A stretch of 32,000 nucleotides of DNA. Origin: Mycobacterium leprae TN (GTDB lineage: Bacteria > Actinomycetota > Actinomycetes > Mycobacteriales > Mycobacteriaceae). The stretch lies in the NCBI RefSeq assembly GCF_000195855.1, contig NC_002677.1:2100001-2132000 (forward strand), written 5' to 3'. Each line of letters begins with the position of its first letter. The first letter of the stretch is position 1. A model generated the notes under the pieces. The model made no database searches. It was not told the DNA's origin and saw only the letters and a list, made by a program, of their open reading frames with translations. Made by a program: the position numbers and the translations under genes. Below are positions 22,321-32,000 of the stretch, one piece after another.

Positions 22321-23767
22321 GCCAGTTCATTCTCGTCTGAATTTACTATAGCTGGGCCACGATGCCTAGCTATTAACAAACTCTAGCGATGCTGCGCAGT
22401 GAAGATCATCAGTAGTATTACGTACAACTTGCCACTGTTCCACGTAGAGGACTCAAAGGCTGCTTGCCTCCACGCCCGAGCTACGAAAACAAAGGCGCAA
22501 ACCGTGCCAGTCTGCAGCAGAAAAATGACCTGATAATGAGTAACTCCGACTGACGAGCACTGCCAGCTACATCAAGACTGGCCTTAGTTGATTTAACTAA
22601 AGGTAGGCCAAATTCAGCTCCTTAGCTGCCGAATTTCCCTGTCAAACAAGTCAATACCTTACTGTCATCTGAAAATTGTTTATAGAATTATTAATTTGTG
22701 TGAAGATTGACTGTGGAATGCCCTTCGGACTTCGCTGCTGAGGAGCATGTCACAACCACACAGTGACACGGTGTGCGCAGCAAAATCTGTGCTGGATGCA
22801 AGCAGATGCGCTAATGCTTATTGTTCGGCGATAGCAAATGATGGGCTCTCATTTACAAGATTGATCCGAGAAACAGACGTTGTTGATGTTACCAAACATT
22901 TCAACACCCTTGAACCATGGCGAATGCACGATGAGAACACAGCTTCGGCAGGAACTACACGATTGCGCTGTCAAGTTGCGCAAGCTGGCCCACAACCTCC
23001 CGCACGGGGTAGGCGAGTTCGGGCTGCTGCGTTTGTCTGAGCATATGGCAGCAACCGCCGGCCAGCCGGTGCTGCAGCACTAGTTGGGCCGCCTCGACAG
23101 ATCGTCACGCTCTTCAGCGATAACCGCCCGTAGAATCGTGCACCAACACCGGCTCCTATGCACGGCAAGCAGGCATGTTCGCGCTCCAAATCGTTCGGAC
23201 AAACGGCACCCGAGCGATACGCTGCTGACAGCACGCACGCGAACCTGCACCCGCAATGACACGGCAACGATACGTGAGCTGAGTCGACTCCAAACATTGC
23301 TGCGATACTCACGTGACAACGATCCCAGCCCCCCACATCACCAGATGCACGAGGTGCTGTGTAACCAAAGTCAAACCTGTCAATCGTCACACGTAACCTG
23401 CGTACCGGCCACCGCGCTGTGTTCACCGATGAGGTTCCGCTGTATCTGTATAGAAACAGCATCATCGATGCGCACCACAGGCCACCAGCCCTAATCGACC
23501 ACGCCTAATTACTTTGACGGGGGTATCGGTTCTATGCTCAACGCCGATCTAGCGGTGCCCGCCGACGCCGCGTTAATCCTTGAACCAGTGCCGAACGGAT
23601 CCGGTCGGCACTGGTTCAGTTGGTCGCTAATGGGACACACATCCAGGTGCTATTCCCACAACGCCGCCTGGCACAAAAGTCGAACTCGGCGAAGTAATCG
23701 CCGCGCCAATCAACGGGGGCACAGCTATGGAGAGCACACGTATAGCAGCCGTAGAGAACGTCGCAAC

Positions 23768-26700
23768 CTAGTTGTGGCGCGCAGCTTCTTGCACGAGTTG
23801 GACGCGGGAGGTGAGGCCAAGTTTAGAGTAGATGCGTGTGAGATGGGTATGTACGGTTCGAACGGAGACGAAAAGCCGTGCCGCGATATCTTTGGTATCT
23901 AACCCCTCGCTAACGAGCCGTATTACATTGTGTTCGGCAGGGGTTAGGGATTCCCAACCAGTGGTCGGTCGTTTACGGTTGCCACGCCCGCGCTGTGCGT
24001 AGGTGATCGCGTCGTCGATGGGCATGGCAGCACCCTCTGCCCAGGCGGAGTCGAAATCCTTGCAGCCCATCGCGCCACGAAGCACCGCCACTGCGGACTC
24101 ATAGCCTGCATCCCAGACTTTGAAGCGGACCTCACCTGTCTTCTCACGTTGCGCGGACGCCGCACCGAAAAGACGCCCGGCTTGACGATGGTTGTCACCC
24201 TGGCTGATCAGCTCGGCTAACAATTCCATGCTGTCTGATATGCCCAGAGACGCCTGGATGTCGGCACCGCACGCAAGCGCAGCATGGATATCAGCTCGTG
24301 CCAGTTCTGGTTCACCCTGCGCCATAGCGATGCGCGCACGCGTTGTCAAGGCCGCCATTTGATGCCACCCAGTGGTCGCAGAAACACTATTGTCGGCGAG
24401 GCGTCGCGCCACGATTACATCGCCTCTTGCCAAAGCGACCGCCGCCATGAGTTCGAGGTGTATCGCTACCAGGCCGTGGTCAGCACCCAGGTGCGGCCGG
24501 CACGCCTCGCTGGCCTCGACAGCCGCGGCAACATCGCCCATAGCCAACGCCGCAAAAACCATTGCTGCATAACCAATACCTTGGTACACCCCACTTAATT
24601 CCGCTGCGGCTTCAACGACCAGGCCGGCCGTAACCAGGGCCGCGCTGACGTCGCGATGCACCAGCGCCCGAGTTTGGACGTACAGACCGAAAGTTCTCGT
24701 CACTGTATCGTGGGCAGCTTCAGCACCGGCAACAACTTCACCCGATCGTACGATCGCTCCGTCCATATCGCCCTGCCATAACTGTGCAATGGAGAGCAGC
24801 AAACGACACTGTAGCGAAACGAACCGATCCCCGATTTCTTGAGCGAGATCGTCGGCCGCCTCAGCTGCTGCTCGCAAAGCAACCGGGTCACCTGACACGC
24901 AGAATCCAACAACTCCCCAAAGCCGAATCTGGCTCAGTGTCCATTTATCACCTTGCGTTCGCGCGAGCTCAACCGCCTCGGCAAAGTAGGGCCGAGCCAC
25001 CTCCGTGTCATAGCCACTGCTGAAGCCGCAGGCAGTAAGCGCCCGAGCCAAAACAGCAGAGTCACCTATCTCGCGTGCCATGGTCAGAGCTTGTTGAGCT
25101 TGAGTGACGAGGTCACTGCCGTCTGGTGGACTGCTGGCCAATATGGCGTGGAGCATAACCTTGTTGGCAACCGCCCGAGCTAAAACCTCTTTGGGTGCAA
25201 CAAGATGCTCGATGTTTTTGTGTTCAAAGATCGAGTCGAACCAGGCCAACCCCTCATACATGTGGCCCCGACCAAACCAGATCGGCTGTAGTGAAGACGC
25301 GAGTTGCAGTGCGCCAGCGATATCGCCGGTTTCGCGGCTCCATGCGAATGCGCTACGCAGATTGTCAAGCTCGGTCTCAACTTGCTCAACAAGCTGCTCG
25401 TGGTCGATGTCTCCCGGAGTATCCAGCAAAGCCCCAAGTGCCATGTAGTGATCGCGGTGACGGGCAAGCACAAGGTCGACCTCATTGGACTCTTCGAGCT
25501 TCTTCATCGCGTACTGGCGCACCGTTTCCAGCAACCGGTACCGCGAGCCACCCTGTCTGCCTTCAACTATGACCAAAGACTTGTCTATGAGCATAGTCAG
25601 CCGATCGAAAACCTGATCAGGCTCCTCAAGATCATCGTGTCCAACCGCATAGGCCACCTTGAGGTCGAACGTCCCCGAAATTGCCGACAAGCGACGAAAC
25701 AAGGCCCGCTCGCTTTCGGTCAGCAATGCATACGACCAATCCATCGAGGCACGGAGCGTCTGTTGACGTCGCACCGCGGTACGCGCACCACCAGTCAGCA
25801 GCCGAAACCGGTCATCCAAACCATCGGCTATCTCAGTTAACGATAACGTACGTATCCGTGCAGCGGCCAGCTCAATCGCCAAAGGCATGCCGTCAAGGCG
25901 CTGACAGATCTCGGTCACGATCTGACGGTTGCCATCGGTAACACTGAAACCGGGTTGAACCAAGGCAGCTCGTTCTGTGAATAATTCGACCGCTTCGTCG
26001 GCAGGAGACAGCATTGAAACCCGCCATATGACTTCGCCGGCCACCCCGATCGGCTCACGACTGGTCGCCAAAATCGTCAACGACGGACAAGCGCCCAACA
26101 GCGTAGTCATCACATTCGCGCACACATCGAGAAGGTACTCGCAGTTGTCCAACACCATCAGCATGCGACGGTCACCGATGCACCGGCGCAGATTGTCTAA
26201 CACCGTAATCGGAAAGATGTCGTGATCGGTGTCCGGAGCTAGGTCGAAATACGACAGCTCACCACTAAACTCGTCTGCGACCCTAGCGACGACCTGTAAC
26301 GCGAGCCGCGTTTTTCCTACTCCCCCTGGACCTACCAGCGTTAACAACCGTTTTTCGGTCAACAGCTCTTGCAGTTCTTTGATCTGCGCAGCGCGACCAA
26401 CAAAAGTGGTGAGCGGCACCGGAAGACTTGGTCCGCCAGGGACAGTCCGGATACCTAGCTCGTGAAGATTTCTGCGCAGATTACGGTGACACAACTGCAT
26501 GACACGTACTGGCCGAGCCAGATCCCGCAATAGGTGACTGCCAAGATCCACCAGCCAGGTATCAGCGGGGAGCCCATCAACGACGAGATCTCCTGTGATA
26601 GATGACAACACCGTTTGTCCCCCGCATGCCAAATCGAGCAACCCTGCAGCCTGCACCATCATAAAAACCACATTATTGACATCATCGTTGGATATCTGAA

Positions 26701-27088
26701 CCTCACCGGTGTGCAGAGCGATACGAAACCGAACTGGTACGATCGGGGCCAGCTGCAGGTCTAATGCGCACGCTGTGGCGTCGCTAGCACGGGCAAACGT
26801 TGCGAGAAAGTTTCCCCTTACCCCTTGGACAACCTGTTGCACCCCGCCGTGAGCCGCGACAGCTTCTGACACCACACAGTCCAGGCGTGCGATTGCATCC
26901 GCTGCCTCATCGGGTTGTGTTTCGGACAGCTCTGCCAAGCCTTCGACGTCACCCAGAAACAACGTCACCGTGCAACCGCGATGGAGGTCCGTCGGTACAT
27001 CGGTCGATCTCAGCCGCGCCACCAGACATGAAGCCAGATAATCAGCGCCAACGGGTACTGGTTTCTGCATCTCGCCCAAAGAATACAT
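23768..27088 (-). CDS. Large LuxR-family regulator: cyclase-like domain, NB-ARC ATPase, TPR-like region, LuxR HTH
   Basis: Track ORF 23768..27160 starts at TTG; ATG at 27088 or 27070 more likely. Contains CTVTLFLGDVEG, TFVGRAAQIKELQELL, LTLVGPGGVGKTRLALQVV, RMLMVLDNCEYLLD, and C-terminal LTPAEHNVIRLVSEGLDTKDIAARLFVSVRTVHTHLTRIYSKLGLTSRVQL. Confidence 0.93.
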   Translation of the reverse strand: MYSLGEMQKPVPVGADYLASCLVARLRSTDVPTDLHRGCTVTLFLGDVEGLAELSETQPDEAADAIARLDCVVSEAVAAHGGVQQVVQGVRGNFLATFARASDATACALDLQLAPIVPVRFRIALHTGEVQISNDDVNNVVFMMVQAAGLLDLACGGQTVLSSITGDLVVDGLPADTWLVDLGSHLLRDLARPVRVMQLCHRNLRRNLHELGIRTVPGGPSLPVPLTTFVGRAAQIKELQELLTEKRLLTLVGPGGVGKTRLALQVVARVADEFSGELSYFDLAPDTDHDIFPITVLDNLRRCIGDRRMLMVLDNCEYLLDVCANVMTTLLGACPSLTILATSREPIGVAGEVIWRVSMLSPADEAVELFTERAALVQPGFSVTDGNRQIVTEICQRLDGMPLAIELAAARIRTLSLTEIADGLDDRFRLLTGGARTAVRRQQTLRASMDWSYALLTESERALFRRLSAISGTFDLKVAYAVGHDDLEEPDQVFDRLTMLIDKSLVIVEGRQGGSRYRLLETVRQYAMKKLEESNEVDLVLARHRDHYMALGALLDTPGDIDHEQLVEQVETELDNLRSAFAWSRETGDIAGALQLASSLQPIWFGRGHMYEGLAWFDSIFEHKNIEHLVAPKEVLARAVANKVMLHAILASSPPDGSDLVTQAQQALTMAREIGDSAVLARALTACGFSSGYDTEVARPYFAEAVELARTQGDKWTLSQIRLWGVVGFCVSGDPVALRAAAEAADDLAQEIGDRFVSLQCRLLLSIAQLWQGDMDGAIVRSGEVVAGAEAAHDTVTRTFGLYVQTRALVHRDVSAALVTAGLVVEAAAELSGVYQGIGYAAMVFAALAMGDVAAAVEASEACRPHLGADHGLVAIHLELMAAVALARGDVIVARRLADNSVSATTGWHQMAALTTRARIAMAQGEPELARADIHAALACGADIQASLGISDSMELLAELISQGDNHRQAGRLFGAASAQREKTGEVRFKVWDAGYESAVAVLRGAMGCKDFDSAWAEGAAMPIDDAITYAQRGRGNRKRPTTGWESLTPAEHNVIRLVSEGLDTKDIAARLFVSVRTVHTHLTRIYSKLGLTSRVQLVQEAARHN

Positions 27089-27266
27089 GTCTCCCGACAC
27101 ACATTCGGCCGTACATGTTAACCACGGTCTTGTTCCGCGGAAATGCACAGTCTGCGCCAAATATTTGGAGAGAAACCGATTCTCGGTCGATCAAATTGCT
27201 GCCGACATCTCACAAGCCGGCAGACTTGGTAACCTGCGGCGAGTCGACATCTTACCGTGGGCGCCA

Positions 27267-27545
27267 TCACCTGTGCCCACTCAAAACCCCAGAGCCGATC
27301 ACCCCAGCGGTCCAAGGCAAGACATCAGAATACCCAATGGCGTGGTCTTGTTCAACGCACTGCCACGCGGCCGGGCTGAAACGCTGGCGTGTGACCACCA
27401 CTTCTCCTGTGCTCCTGATCTTCCTGGACTCAATCATCAGCACGCCAGCGTCATCGATGGCATACGACCCGGACGTTTCATGCCCGGTATCATCTGTTTC
27501 CAACCTAATGACCTGTCCGTTGCTCAAAGTTACGGTGACCATCAT
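27267..27545 (-). CDS. Small hypothetical protein upstream of the LuxR regulator
   Basis: ATG at 27545 (or 27542) preceded by AAAGGAAAGG. Product MMVTVTLSNGQVIRLETDDTGHETSGSYAIDDAGVLMIESRKIRSTGEVVVTRQRFSPAAWQCVE... has protein-like composition, same strand as the regulator. Confidence 0.55.
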   Translation of the reverse strand: MMVTVTLSNGQVIRLETDDTGHETSGSYAIDDAGVLMIESRKIRSTGEVVVTRQRFSPAAWQCVEQDHAIGYSDVLPWTAGVIGSGVLSGHR

Positions 27546-28859
27546 GTCCAACCTTTCCTTTGCTGCCGTACCACGACCCGCGCGCATCAGATACGACAGT
27601 CGCTGCATGGTGTTCGACCTTGAATTCCGTGCACAACGATCAGCTGCAACGAGGTTTATTTAGTCGAATTCCGGTGCCGAGGCAGCGTTGCCAACGGCGG
27701 TTTTGAGAATCTTCACCCCTATCCTCGCAAGCTTCGTGTAACACGAGTCCAACTACATCGGCGCAGCTACGTATTTGGTCCAGTCTCTATACGTAGAGTA
27801 AACGGGCATGACTAGCCCTCAGAATGGCCGCTGAACTGGCCAGCAAGCACTAGGCTACGGCAAATCCAAGTCGCTAATGGTGGGTACTGCAGGAAGTTGA
27901 TAATGCACCGGGGTCGCATTCCGTCTCAGCCACCGCTGCGGTCGCTACACTCAGCGCGCCACAAGATACTAAAGTCAAGCATACAGCACTAACAGCGTTC
28001 GACGTCGCTTCTGGACTAGACGATGTCTTCTTCGTTGCGGACGGGGGTGCATGAGATGCGCCGGAAGAAGTGTCGGTAGAAACGCTGTTGGTCATGAGGG
28101 CCTGGCAGCGTGCAGTCGGGTAGGTCAGCACAGACGTATCAGCTGGCGGCTGCTTACGACTTTGCACAACGGCGATTAGGATGACGGTGCCGCATTCGAC
28201 TGGCCTGGTGTCGCTGTAAATTGCGGCCGATTTTAGCGTGGTAGGTGACGAATGTGTTGCGGTAGCCATTGAAGAGGGACGAGTAGTTCGGCAGTAAATG
28301 AGGTAGGCGTTGATGTAGTTAAGTCGTTGGTGCAGTTAAGTTCTGAGCAAACTATACCGCCGGTGATACTGTGGTGGTGTCGCTATGTGGGGGTTTAGCG
28401 TGACGACACCGGGAAAGGTTGTGTCTGGCCTGCCGACCCACTAGAGGCATCTTCGATGTTACTGAGCACGGTGCCTGGACCAAACCCACTATTGGCGACA
28501 GTGGAAGCGTGGAATTCGCTGAACACAATACGCTTCGGCGGCAGAAGAACTCGGTGTAGTCCTGACTGGGGTGCAGTATGAAACTTAGCGGCGTACCAGC
28601 GCTGAACGTTATGTGGCTGAGCATATGCCGTATCAGAAATGACTGACTCATAACAGCATCGATAGCAGGATGCTGCGGCTCAGCATGAGGTCATGCCAAC
28701 GGCCTATGTGAGTGCGCTGGAGACAATGCCGACAGTGGGTGAGTTGGTAGCCAATCACACAGCACATGTAACACGTACTAAGTACGAATTTCGTTGGTAA
28801 TAAAAAGATTCCGATTGACGCTAATGAGGACAACTTGCGCGGATGTTGATCTAGGCTCC

Positions 28860-28883
28860 CACCACTATGGACACCACTATGGA
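28860..28883. repeat. 12-bp perfect tandem repeat, two copies
   Basis: CACCACTATGGA CACCACTATGGA read directly. Confidence 0.85.
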
Positions 28884-29656
28884 GTTCTATCAGAAAGTCT
28901 CTACCGCGGCGGTGGTCGCAATCCCCGCACATCACACCCGCGTCAGCGATCGCAAAACCCGATATGAGTAATAAACTAACTCCCTACTTTAGAGGACCAT
29001 CGCGGCTCAGGACGACACTGTTGCGGTAATCAGCAGCACCTGGGAATTAACTCATCGCGACCTGGCACAGGTTCGTACAGATCATGCACTTCAATCGAAC
29101 TAATGGCGAGTTACCTGTTATTCCTGCTGGCCTTCGGGACTCGGTGGTTGGTCGCGTACCTAATTGGCTTGTTCGGCGGCTTAGTCGAAGCTCTGACGGC
29201 CCTGGTTATTGCTATTACCGCGGTTCTGATCCTAGGAGTTGGCCCGGTTAGCACAGTCGCCGCTATGAGTACGGTAGCGCTTCCGCTGAGAATTGGGATA
29301 CCGGGCGGTGTCAATTACCTGTCTTACTTGGAAGCAGACTTTGTAGACACGACCATCACCGATAGTTTGGCCACATCAAACAACGACGAGGCATCGAGCA
29401 AATTTCAAGTGCCACCCAGTGATGTCATGTCAGCGGTGGCACTCTCAGCGCAGGGTGGTGGGATTGTACCACCGCTCCTTCGCCGACCACTGCTGGTGCT
29501 TCGGAGCTGGTCACGTTGGATGGCAGGTTCAGTGGTGACCCACAGGTACCGCTGCTACCGGCGACGTGGGGTTGATCAATACAGCGAATTGATGGGTGTG
29601 TCGGTTGCCACCGGCGATTACGCACCCGAACTTCCGCCGGCAACCGCGTCGGCCGG

Positions 29657-31033
29657 TCAGCATTCGACGATGTTGACCGCGAGGGCGAGTCCGCCCGCGG
29701 CAGTCTCCTTGTACTTGAAATTCATGTCCCGGCCGGTTGCCCTCATGGTGGCGATCACCTCGTCAAGGCTCACCCGGTGGGTACCGTCGCCACGCATAGC
29801 CATCCGAGCGGCATTGATCGCTTTGCCGGCCGAGATGGCATTGCGTTCGATGCACGGAATCTGGACCAGACCGGCGATCGGGTCACAGGTTAAACCGAGA
29901 CTGTGTTCCATCGCAATCTCAGCCGCGTTCTCGACCTGAGCCGGTGTGCCACCAAGGATTTCAGCCAAGCCCGCAGCGGCCATAGAAGCCGCCGACCCCA
30001 CCTCACCTTGGCAACCGACCTCCGCGCCGGAGATAGACGCAAGCTCCTTGTACAGCGAACCAATTGCCCCCGCAGTTAACAAAAACCGCACACTTGTATC
30101 GTCTGGGTCTGCCCGCCCAGCGGGACAGTAATGCTGTGCATAATGCAAAACAGCGGGAATGATGCCCGCCGCACCGTTAGTCGGAGCGGTGACCACTCTT
30201 CCGCCCACGGCATTCTCCTCGTTGACTGCCAGCGCGACCAGGTTCACCCAGTCCTCGGCGAACACTGGATCGCGATTCGGATCCTCGGCACACAGCCGCT
30301 CGTGCCAGGAATGTGCGCGGCGACGCACTTTCAGCCCACCAGGCAGGTAGCCGCCCTGAGCAATACCACGCTGAACGGATTGCGTCATGACGTCACGAAT
30401 ATTTAGCAGACCGGCACGTACCTCCTGCTCGGACCTCAGGCTTTGCTCGTACTCGGCCATCAACTCGCAGATTGACATTCCTCGCGTGGCCGCCAATTCT
30501 AACAACTCACCCGCCGAGCCAAAGGACACCCCACCAGTGGTCCATTCCGCGCCCTCGGGTGGATCGCCGTGTGCCACGACAAATCCGCCACCGACCGAAT
30601 AATAAGTCTCGGCGGCGAGCTTGGTTCCGTCGCGGGCGAGAGCAACGATCGTCATGGCGTTGGGATGCCGGTCCAGCACCGTCTGTGGACGCAGTACGAC
30701 ATCGGCTTCGGTGAACTTGATCACGATCAATCCACCCAGACAGATTGTCCCGGCAGCGCGCATACAGGCCAATCGGGTCACCATGTCATCGGCATCAAGC
30801 CTCTCGGGATGCTCCCCCTCAAGCCCTAACAGGATAGCCGACATGGTGCCGTGGCCTGCCCCAGTTGCCGCCAGCGATCCGAACAACTCGACACGGATGT
30901 CGCACACGTCCTCGAGCAAACCGTTGGCAGCTAAGCCATCGACGAAACGTGCTGCGGCGCGCATTGGACCGACCGTGTGTGAGCTGGACGGCCCTATGCC
31001 GATCGTAAACAGATCGAACACGCTGATGGTCAT
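29657..31033 (-). CDS. sdaA: L-serine dehydratase (Fe-S type)
   Basis: 458 aa intact ORF; [46 protein letters not shown]-type [31 protein letters not shown] and [24 protein letters not shown]. Confidence 0.97.
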   Translation of the reverse strand: MTISVFDLFTIGIGPSSSHTVGPMRAAARFVDGLAANGLLEDVCDIRVELFGSLAATGAGHGTMSAILLGLEGEHPERLDADDMVTRLACMRAAGTICLGGLIVIKFTEADVVLRPQTVLDRHPNAMTIVALARDGTKLAAETYYSVGGGFVVAHGDPPEGAEWTTGGVSFGSAGELLELAATRGMSICELMAEYEQSLRSEQEVRAGLLNIRDVMTQSVQRGIAQGGYLPGGLKVRRRAHSWHERLCAEDPNRDPVFAEDWVNLVALAVNEENAVGGRVVTAPTNGAAGIIPAVLHYAQHYCPAGRADPDDTSVRFLLTAGAIGSLYKELASISGAEVGCQGEVGSAASMAAAGLAEILGGTPAQVENAAEIAMEHSLGLTCDPIAGLVQIPCIERNAISAGKAINAARMAMRGDGTHRVSLDEVIATMRATGRDMNFKYKETAAGGLALAVNIVEC

Positions 31034-31280
31034 GATGAAGCCTCGGATGTCTCAGGTCGAGCAGCCATCATCCCCCCATACGTTGACAACGCTTATCGGC
31101 AACCTCCGCCCGTCTGGCCACTGCTGGTGAAAATGTGTATGCGTGAAGCCGATATCATACCAGTAGCGGCACTGTGCAATTCCGCAGATGAGCCAAACTA
31201 TCGGCGAGCATCATGGCATCGACAAGCTGTCCGCTCCAGCAAGTCATTCGCCCGCTTTTCTCGTGTACATTTGTAGAATA

Positions 31281-31286
31281 GGGAGG
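31281..31286 (+). promoter_or_regulatory. Ribosome-binding site for mmr
   Basis: GGGAGG four bases upstream of the GTG start at 31291. Confidence 0.7.
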
Positions 31287-31290
31287 CATT

Positions 31291-31614
31291 GTGGCTTATC
31301 TGTTCCTCTTTTGCGCGATCTTTGTGGAGGTGGTGGCGACCACCCTGCTCAAGAGCACCGAAGGCTTCACTCGGCTGGTGCCAACCCTGGCTTGTCTGGC
31401 CGGCTACGCAGTAACTTTCACACTCCTGGCGCTGTCGATCTCACGCGGCATGAAGACAGACGTCGCCTATGCGTTGTGGTCGGCCATCGGCACGGCTGCC
31501 ATCGTGCTGATCGCGGTGCTATTCCTCGACTCACCGGTATCCGTGGCGAAAGTCGTTGGCGTCGCGCTGATTATAGTCGGAGTGATCACGTTGAACCTGG
31601 CCGATGCCCATTGA
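31291..31614 (+). CDS. mmr: Small multidrug resistance (SMR) efflux protein (Rv3065-like)
   Basis: 107 aa with four hydrophobic segments; MAYLFLFCAIFVEVVATTLLKSTEGFTRL with the conserved membrane Glu, ...YALWSAIGTAAIVLIAVLFL...GVALIIVGVITLNLA. GTG start. Confidence 0.96.
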   Translation: MAYLFLFCAIFVEVVATTLLKSTEGFTRLVPTLACLAGYAVTFTLLALSISRGMKTDVAYALWSAIGTAAIVLIAVLFLDSPVSVAKVVGVALIIVGVITLNLADAH

Positions 31615-32000
31615 CCACCGCCCCAGATCGCCGTCCACGCGACCCCACCGGTCGCCAACAAGCGATCGTCCAGGCAGCTGGACGCAATAATCACCTGGGG
31701 GTCTCGACGAATCAACCCAGCGCCGAGTACATCCGCCGAGGCGGATGTGCCGGTCGGGTACCACCTAATTACTTCAGCTATCTCGAAGCGCTGCAGGATG
31801 CCCCGCTCACGCACGCGGCGACCACTGCGACCGCATACCTCAGTCAGTGACGTCACGAACTTGAGACGAAGCCCGAGCTTCCCGCCGCACTCCCCCAGCC
31901 CACCGTAGATTACCTGGCCGACCGACACCGCGCACTCAACAGTTCTGTGTATTGCCACCACCCATCGACCGGAATTGCAGCACCTGGCGCGGGGAGTGGC
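31611..32000 (+). pseudogene. TetR-family regulator pseudogene immediately after mmr (Rv3066-like)
   Basis: PDRRPRDPTGRQQAIVQAAGR then degraded HTH region, VPPNYFSYLEALQDAPLTHAATTATAYLSQ* with a stop near 31850, and further remnants (DYLAD.HRALN) in other frames. Runs to the window edge. Confidence 0.75.

Noticed and set aside
25304-25840. Plus-strand ORF of 178 aa
   Set aside because: Antisense to the LuxR-family regulator; shadow ORF.
27087-27623. Plus-strand ORF of 178 aa
   Set aside because: Overlaps the small minus-strand ORF with better RBS and composition; no recognisable motif on the plus strand.
27874-28269. Minus-strand ORF of 131 aa with a short hydrophobic stretch
   Set aside because: No recognisable family, low-complexity Ser/Thr/Ala composition and no clear RBS; could be chance or a remnant, not enough to call a CDS.
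1-32000. CRISPR array, prophage, toxin-antitoxin or retron system
   Set aside because: No regularly spaced direct repeats, no cas, phage structural, reverse transcriptase or recognisable toxin-antitoxin pairs seen.
1-32000. rRNA or tRNA genes
   Set aside because: No recognisable conserved rRNA segments or TTCRANYC-centred cloverleaf sequences noticed by eye; a tRNAscan-SE run would be needed to exclude tRNAs fully.

Overview
The window looks like Mycobacterium leprae-type reductive genome: a few intact genes sit among heavily decayed pseudogenes and gene-poor DNA. This identification is by recognition only; no search was run. Intact or apparently intact genes: an SDR dehydrogenase running off the left edge; a minus-strand cluster with a GNAT/LuxI-like acyltransferase-like ORF, a ThiF/E1-nitroreductase fusion (Rv1355c/MoeY-like), a GAF-GGDEF-EAL protein (Rv1354c-like) and a stand-alone EAL protein (Rv1357c-like); a large cyclase-like/NB-ARC/LuxR regulator; a small protein encoded upstream of it; L-serine dehydratase sdaA; and an SMR efflux pump (mmr/emrE). 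Recognisable pseudogenes: TetR, cytochrome P450 (cyp136-like), GntR, a two-domain acyl-CoA dehydrogenase (fadE22-like) broken by two nearby frameshifts, a second SDR, a GGDEF fragment, two transposases (IS1634-like and IS630-like), and a TetR regulator directly after mmr. The most interesting points are the acyltransferase / E1-nitroreductase / cyclic-di-GMP neighbourhood, predicted active-site losses in the EAL and cyclase-like domains, and the collapse of the regulator beside an intact efflux pump. The gene neighbourhood may represent an under-described system, but nothing here proves a wholly new one.
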